Shown here one piece after another: positions 59,418-64,000 of a stretch of DNA of 64,000 nucleotides. Position numbers and translations under genes: made by a program. The DNA is from an uncultured Alphaproteobacteria bacterium (lineage in GTDB: Bacteria; Pseudomonadota; Alphaproteobacteria; RF32; CAG-239), in the NCBI GenBank assembly GCA_910577205.1, contig CAJTMA010000007.1:5373-69372 (forward strand), written 5' to 3'. Position 1 is the stretch's first letter; the number at the start of each line of letters is the position of its first letter. Below the pieces are notes generated by a model. It had not been told where the DNA came from. It did no database searches and worked only from the letters and a program-made list of their open reading frames with translations.

Positions 59418-61619
59418 TTAATCTCTAATCGGTTTCAAAACGATAGTCGACAACGGCGGCAAAGTCACTTTTACCGAATAAGGCTTGTTATTCCACTCGC
59501 CTGCTTCTGCCGGGAGCAGACCTTCATTTTTCACGCCGCTGCCCCAATAGTTGACATCGTCACTGTTGAAGATTTCCTGGAAGCGGCAACCTTCATTGAC
59601 ACCAATCCGGTAATCATGGCGTACAACAGGCGTAAAGTTAGAAATAACTACCATATAGTCACCCGGATTATGCCCTTTGCGCATATAAGAAATAACGCTG
59701 TCGTCTGCGTTTGAATGGTCAATCCATTCAAAGCCGCGGTAGTCAAAATCTTCCTCATAGAAAGCAGGATTGCCTTTATACATCAGGTTCAAATCACGAA
59801 CGCAGTTCTGCATTCCTTTGTACATCGGGTGTTCCAACAAATGCCAACGCAGACTTTCTTCAGAATTCCATTCCCAATCCTGACCAAACTCGCAGCCCAT
59901 GAACAACAGCTTTTTACCCGGATGGGTATACATAAAGCCGTAATAAGCGCGGAGGTTGGCAAATTTTTGCCATTCATCGCCCGGCATTTTGCCCAACATT
60001 GACCCTTTGCCATGAACAACTTCATCATGAGAAATCGGCAAAATAAAGTTTTCATTGAAAGCATAGAGCAAACCAAAAGTGAGCATACCGTGGTGGTATT
60101 TGCGATGAATCGGTTCGTGGCTGATATACTTCAAAGTATCATTCATCCAGCCCATGTTCCATTTGTAGCCAAAGCCCAAACCGCCCATAGATGTCGGACG
60201 AGAAACCATCGGCCATGCGGTAGACTCTTCGGCGCAAGTAACGCCACCTTTGCATTGGCCGTAAACCAGTTCATTCATCTTGCGCAAAAAGGCAATAGCT
60301 TCGATATTTTCGTTGCCGCCGTAAACGTTGGGAATCCATTCGCCGTTTTTACGGGAATAATCCAAATACAGCATGGAAGCAACCGCATCTACACGCAAGC
60401 CGTCAATGTGATATTCTTTCAACCAATACAAGGCACTGGCACAGAGGAAGTTGCAAACTTCCGTACGACCGTAGTTATAAATTTTTGTGCCCCAGTCGAT
60501 ATGTTCACCTTTGCGCGGATCAGCGTGTTCATAAAGGTGTGTGCCGTCAAACTCAACCAACCCGTGACCATCTTTGGGGAAGTGCGCCGGAACCCAGTCC
60601 ATAATAACCGCAATACCTGCCTGGTGGAATTTATCAATCATATAACGGAAATCATCCGGCGTGCCGAAACGGCTGGTCGGAGCAAACATTCCGATAACCT
60701 GATATCCCCAAGAGCAATCAAGCGGATGTTCGGCCAGCGGCAAAAATTCAACATGGGTAAAGCCCATATTAACCACATAAGGCACTAAGTTGTCTGCCAG
60801 TTCGCGATAGGTTAAAAATTCAGAACCGTTTTCGCCTTTGCGTTTCCAAGAACCGAGATGGACTTCGTAAATAGACATCGGCTTATCAAAGGCATTATAT
60901 TCCTCACGATAACCCATCCAATTTTGATCCTGCCAATTGTAATGATTCAAGTCATAAACAACGGATGCCGTTTTCGGGCGGACTTCGCTCCAGAAAGCAA
61001 GCGGGTCGGATTTAACCAGGATATAATCTTCCTGCGTTTTGACTTCAAATTTATAAACTTCGCCTTCGTTCAACCCCGGAATAAAAATATCCCATACGCC
61101 GCAGGTCGGATGCTTGCGCATAACATTAACGCGGCCATCCCAATTATTGAAATTTCCGACCACGGAAACACGTTTGGCATTCGGTGCCCAAACGGCAAAA
61201 CTAACACCGCGAACGCCGTCCATTTCTGTGACGTGCGCGCCGAGTTTTTTATACATATCAAGATGATTGCCTTCAGCCAGAAGATAGATGTCAATATCGC
61301 CGAGAATAGAGGAGAAACGATAAGCATCTTCAAGTTCGTAGACCTGCCCCTTATCATTTTCAATACGGAATTTATATGCAAAATTTTCAATTTGCCCGAG
61401 GTTAATCTGATAGAAACCGCGATTATCAAGTTTGCTCATTTTTCCCAAAGACGAACCGTCTTTTTTGAGGAGTTCGACAGACTTGGTATTCGGCTGGTAA
61501 GTGCGGATAAATACCTCTTTGCTGCCTTTGTCACGGTGGATACCCAAGACAGCAAAAACATTGCCGTGATCACCGTTTATTACTGCGTTCATTTCTTCTT
61601 TAGATAATAAGTTTTCCAT
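59418..61619 (-). CDS. glgB: 1,4-alpha-glucan branching enzyme GlgB (GH13)
   Basis: 733 aa. GH13 branching-enzyme motifs (DWVPAHF, GLRVDAV, CEFGQ). Confidence 0.9.
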   Translation of the reverse strand: MENLLSKEEMNAVINGDHGNVFAVLGIHRDKGSKEVFIRTYQPNTKSVELLKKDGSSLGKMSKLDNRGFYQINLGQIENFAYKFRIENDKGQVYELEDAYRFSSILGDIDIYLLAEGNHLDMYKKLGAHVTEMDGVRGVSFAVWAPNAKRVSVVGNFNNWDGRVNVMRKHPTCGVWDIFIPGLNEGEVYKFEVKTQEDYILVKSDPLAFWSEVRPKTASVVYDLNHYNWQDQNWMGYREEYNAFDKPMSIYEVHLGSWKRKGENGSEFLTYRELADNLVPYVVNMGFTHVEFLPLAEHPLDCSWGYQVIGMFAPTSRFGTPDDFRYMIDKFHQAGIAVIMDWVPAHFPKDGHGLVEFDGTHLYEHADPRKGEHIDWGTKIYNYGRTEVCNFLCASALYWLKEYHIDGLRVDAVASMLYLDYSRKNGEWIPNVYGGNENIEAIAFLRKMNELVYGQCKGGVTCAEESTAWPMVSRPTSMGGLGFGYKWNMGWMNDTLKYISHEPIHRKYHHGMLTFGLLYAFNENFILPISHDEVVHGKGSMLGKMPGDEWQKFANLRAYYGFMYTHPGKKLLFMGCEFGQDWEWNSEESLRWHLLEHPMYKGMQNCVRDLNLMYKGNPAFYEEDFDYRGFEWIDHSNADDSVISYMRKGHNPGDYMVVISNFTPVVRHDYRIGVNEGCRFQEIFNSDDVNYWGSGVKNEGLLPAEAGEWNNKPYSVKVTLPPLSTIVLKPIRD

Positions 61620-61862
61620 TCGGTAGCCCCCTATTAGACTATATTAACATAATTAGATTTTTGATAATATTCAAACGACTTAGTTTATAAGACTCTATCA
61701 TTCGTTATCTATAATTCATATAGTTTTAAATGCAAGCAAATTGCTTAAGCGTTTTGATAATATTTATAATTCAAATAAAAAACAACCTTTTATTATTGAC
61801 GTATTAATTTTTGATTGTATATTAAACAGTGTTTACCAAACATTTTTTATTTGGAGTTAGTT

Positions 61863-62096
61863 ATGGTTAATAATAGTAATGAAAATGCAATCAGAGAAGC
61901 TGCTTACTTCATCTGGCAAAATGCAGGCTGCCCTTCCGGCAGAGATCAGGAATTCTGGGCTATGGCCGTTGAACAATTCAACTGCTGCAACAGCAAATCT
62001 TCTTCTAAAAAGTCTTGCTCCAGCAGCAAAAAATCAACGACTGCTACCTGCAAATCTACAACTGCAAAAAAGACTTCTTCTAAAAAATCTAAATAA
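61863..62096 (+). CDS. DUF2934-family small protein with Ser/Lys-rich tail
   Basis: 77 aa from MVNNS (RBS ggag). REAAYFIWQNAGCPSGRDQEFWAMAV matches the DUF2934 signature. Confidence 0.55.
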   Translation: MVNNSNENAIREAAYFIWQNAGCPSGRDQEFWAMAVEQFNCCNSKSSSKKSCSSSKKSTTATCKSTTAKKTSSKKSK

Positions 62097-62129
62097 TTTT
62101 CAGATTAAAGAAAAGAAGAAAAAAAATTA

Positions 62130-62161
62130 AAAACCTCTTTGTTTCAAAAGAGGTTTTTTTA
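62130..62161. terminator. bidirectional terminator (aaaacctctttgtttcaaaagaggttttttt)
   Basis: Perfect 9 bp stem with A/T runs on both sides. Confidence 0.6.
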
Positions 62162-62181
62162 TGAAAAAAATCTGACTTAAA

Positions 62182-63690
62182 TTATTCTTTCACAGCCGAA
62201 ACCATATAGCCCCAGACTTGGCTGTCACCTTCATTTCGCAAACGTTCGCGCTCAAAAAATTCTTCTCGCAGCCCGCATTGTTTGAGAACTTTTTTTACAT
62301 AATTTTTGTGATGCAGATAACGCCCTGACGGATGCAAAAAATAGTCGTTTTTATTCTCGTTATTTTCACTGACAGTGAAAATAATTCTGCCGTTTTTTTT
62401 CAGGTTTGAAGCTATGCCGGCAAAGAGATTTTGCAGATCTCCGAAATAAGTAAAAACATCTGCCGAAACTATCAAATCAAACGGCTTTTTATTAGATGAA
62501 AAATAGCTCTCAAGTTCCGCGCGAATCAAACGGGAATAACATTTTTTCGCCTTCGCCTGCTCTAACATTTTTTCTGAAATATCTACACCATACAAACCAA
62601 ATATGCGACTGTAATTTTGCAAAAAAACACCACAGAATCCAGTGCCGCAGCCGGCATCCAGAATCCGCAGTCCGGGGTTCTTTTTCTCCGGATAAATCCG
62701 TACCAAACATTTGCGAATCAATTCAGGAGCCTGATAATCCAAACCAGTTAAAACCTGCTCAAAATCGGGGGCGAAAACATCAAAAATATTTGTCAGATAT
62801 TCATTATTGGCGCGCAGGGGAATCGAGTGGTTTAACACCGCATTTCCCATATGTTTTGCCACAGAATTTTCCGGGTATTTTTTCAACCATTTTTCTGCAT
62901 ATTCTTTTAATAGGGAATCCTTTTTGCCAAGTGAAGATTCATACAGCAGATAACCGAAATTTATATGCTGAGAATCCTCGCCGCCGCTCAGCTCTAAAGC
63001 CTGCCAGCCTTCGGCAAAAGCCTGCTCCCAGTTTTCCATTTTCTGCCAAACCTGACTAAGATAATTATGCAGCCAAAAATCTGAAGAATCCAATTTAACG
63101 GCCTGCTGAAATGCCCGCAGGGAATCCGAAAAATTTTCCTGTTCCAGCTGCGCGTTTCCGAGAATAGTCCAAGCGGTTACGCTGGAAGAATCCAGTTCTG
63201 TGGCAAACGATGCAAACTTCGCCGCCTCTGTATAATTTTTTAAATCTATATATGTATTGGCCAAATTAACTGCCGCAATATAATAACCGGAATTAATCTC
63301 ATAAGCACGGCGATAAAAAGACAGCGCCGAATCATAATTGCTTTGCTGATAAAAGATGTTTCCCATATTTATCAAAGCAGGTAAATTTTTATCATCTAAT
63401 TTTAACGCCTGCTTACAAAATTTTTGCGCTTTGGCATAACTTCCGGTTTCGTACAATACCGTTGCCAAATTAGTCAGAGCCAATAAGGAATGGGGATTTT
63501 GACGGCGGGCTTTATCATACCATTCTGCTGCGGCATTTTTATCCCCCTGCCCGTCATAACAATTTCCCAACATTATCATTAGATTGTCATCATGAGGGTT
63601 ATTTTTCAGAAGCTTATCATACATTTCACGCGCCGCAGCATACTCATGTTGCGCATATAAATTGCGGGCTTGGCTCTCGATTTCAGACAC
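62182..63690 (-). CDS. TPR-repeat protein fused to a class I SAM-dependent methyltransferase
   Basis: 502 aa. Multiple TPR units (AWTILGNAQ..., YYIAAVNLANTY...) then SAM motif I ILDAGCGTGFCGVFL. Confidence 0.75.
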   Translation of the reverse strand: MSEIESQARNLYAQHEYAAAREMYDKLLKNNPHDDNLMIMLGNCYDGQGDKNAAAEWYDKARRQNPHSLLALTNLATVLYETGSYAKAQKFCKQALKLDDKNLPALINMGNIFYQQSNYDSALSFYRRAYEINSGYYIAAVNLANTYIDLKNYTEAAKFASFATELDSSSVTAWTILGNAQLEQENFSDSLRAFQQAVKLDSSDFWLHNYLSQVWQKMENWEQAFAEGWQALELSGGEDSQHINFGYLLYESSLGKKDSLLKEYAEKWLKKYPENSVAKHMGNAVLNHSIPLRANNEYLTNIFDVFAPDFEQVLTGLDYQAPELIRKCLVRIYPEKKNPGLRILDAGCGTGFCGVFLQNYSRIFGLYGVDISEKMLEQAKAKKCYSRLIRAELESYFSSNKKPFDLIVSADVFTYFGDLQNLFAGIASNLKKNGRIIFTVSENNENKNDYFLHPSGRYLHHKNYVKKVLKQCGLREEFFERERLRNEGDSQVWGYMVSAVKE

Positions 63691-63795
63691 GAATATAACT
63701 TCCTTTTTAAATTATTTTAAATTTATAGCTTTTTTAAGTAAAAAAACTATTGACGTGGGCAAAATATTATTATATTTATTCCTCATGATTTTGAT

Positions 63796-63881
63796 GGGGG
63801 TATGGCGGAACTGGTAGACGCGCTAGACTCAAAATCTTGTTCCCTCTGGGAGTGTCAGTTCAAGTCTGACTACCCCTACCA
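63796..63881 (+). tRNA. tRNA-Leu (anticodon CAA), long variable arm
   Basis: Manual fold: acceptor GGGGGTA/TACCCCT, anticodon loop CTCAAAA, variable arm TCCC-TCT-GGGA, T-arm GTCAG-TTCAAGT-CTGAC, and an encoded 3' CCA. Confidence 0.8.
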
Positions 63882-63884
63882 ATT

Positions 63885-63916
63885 AAAAGCTCTGGAAATT
63901 TCCGGAGCTTTTTTGT
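63885..63916 (+). terminator. intrinsic terminator after tRNA-Leu (aaagctctggaaatttccggagctttttt)
   Basis: Near-perfect stem plus T6. Same ggaaatttcc core family. Confidence 0.5.
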
Positions 63917-64000
63917 TTTCATATCTGCTCATTGTTCTAATTTTTCGGACACTGTGTCAGAAATTTTGTTGTTTATTTTTTTCATAAAATCTGTTTTTCT

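Noticed and set aside
1-64000. CRISPR arrays and rRNA genes
   Set aside because: No regularly spaced direct repeats and no rRNA-like conserved segments were seen anywhere in the window.

Overview
This 64 kb window comes from a flagellated, glycogen-storing Gram-negative proteobacterium of moderate-to-low GC. The core backbone includes atpA (partial), atpH, priA, xerC-like, rpmG, an S41 protease, rnr, xth, a dgt-like gene, a SPOR protein, nagZ and tatA. It also carries an O-antigen/GDP-fucose sugar cluster (gmd, fcl, DegT, WbqC, GNAT, NeuD-like, three glycosyltransferases), an ABC-F ATPase, an MsbA-like exporter, prs, mnmA and a LysR regulator. A flagellar block (flgI, rod-binding flgJ, flgN-like, flgK, a long flgL) and a glycogen block (glgB, glgX, malQ) follow, then a TPR-methyltransferase and tRNA-Leu(CAA). 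Three accessory zones interrupt this backbone. (1) A visibly AT-rich island of about 6.4 kb (21.4-27.8 kb) abuts tRNA-Lys(TTT). It carries a fused IS3-family transposase, a KAP P-loop NTPase, a PanAT-like toxin-antitoxin pair (HTH-XRE/DUF4065 antitoxin plus RelE/ParE-like toxin), and a translationally coupled pair: a minimal CD-NTase/SMODS-like nucleotidyltransferase and a roughly 235 aa PD-(D/E)xK (NucC-like) nuclease. This pair is a candidate minimal CBASS-type signalling defence module, plus a small membrane protein. (2) A lower-GC three-gene module lies between the LysR regulator and flgI: an N-terminally truncated SNF2-like helicase, an IbrA/YbdN-like PAPS-reductase (PP-loop, DUF3440-like) and an IbrB/YbdM-like ParB-nuclease-domain protein. 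This architecture is uncharacterised and defence-island-like. (3) Two near-identical inverted repeats of about 0.98 kb (15556-16538 and 54099-55085) each carry the promoter plus the 5' 930 bp of paralogous secreted Cys-rich proteins with divergent DUF1566-like C-termini. They bracket about 37.5 kb and could mediate inversion or gene conversion. Several Rho-independent terminators share a ccgggaaa(a)ttcccgg palindromic core. No CRISPR array or rRNA was seen.
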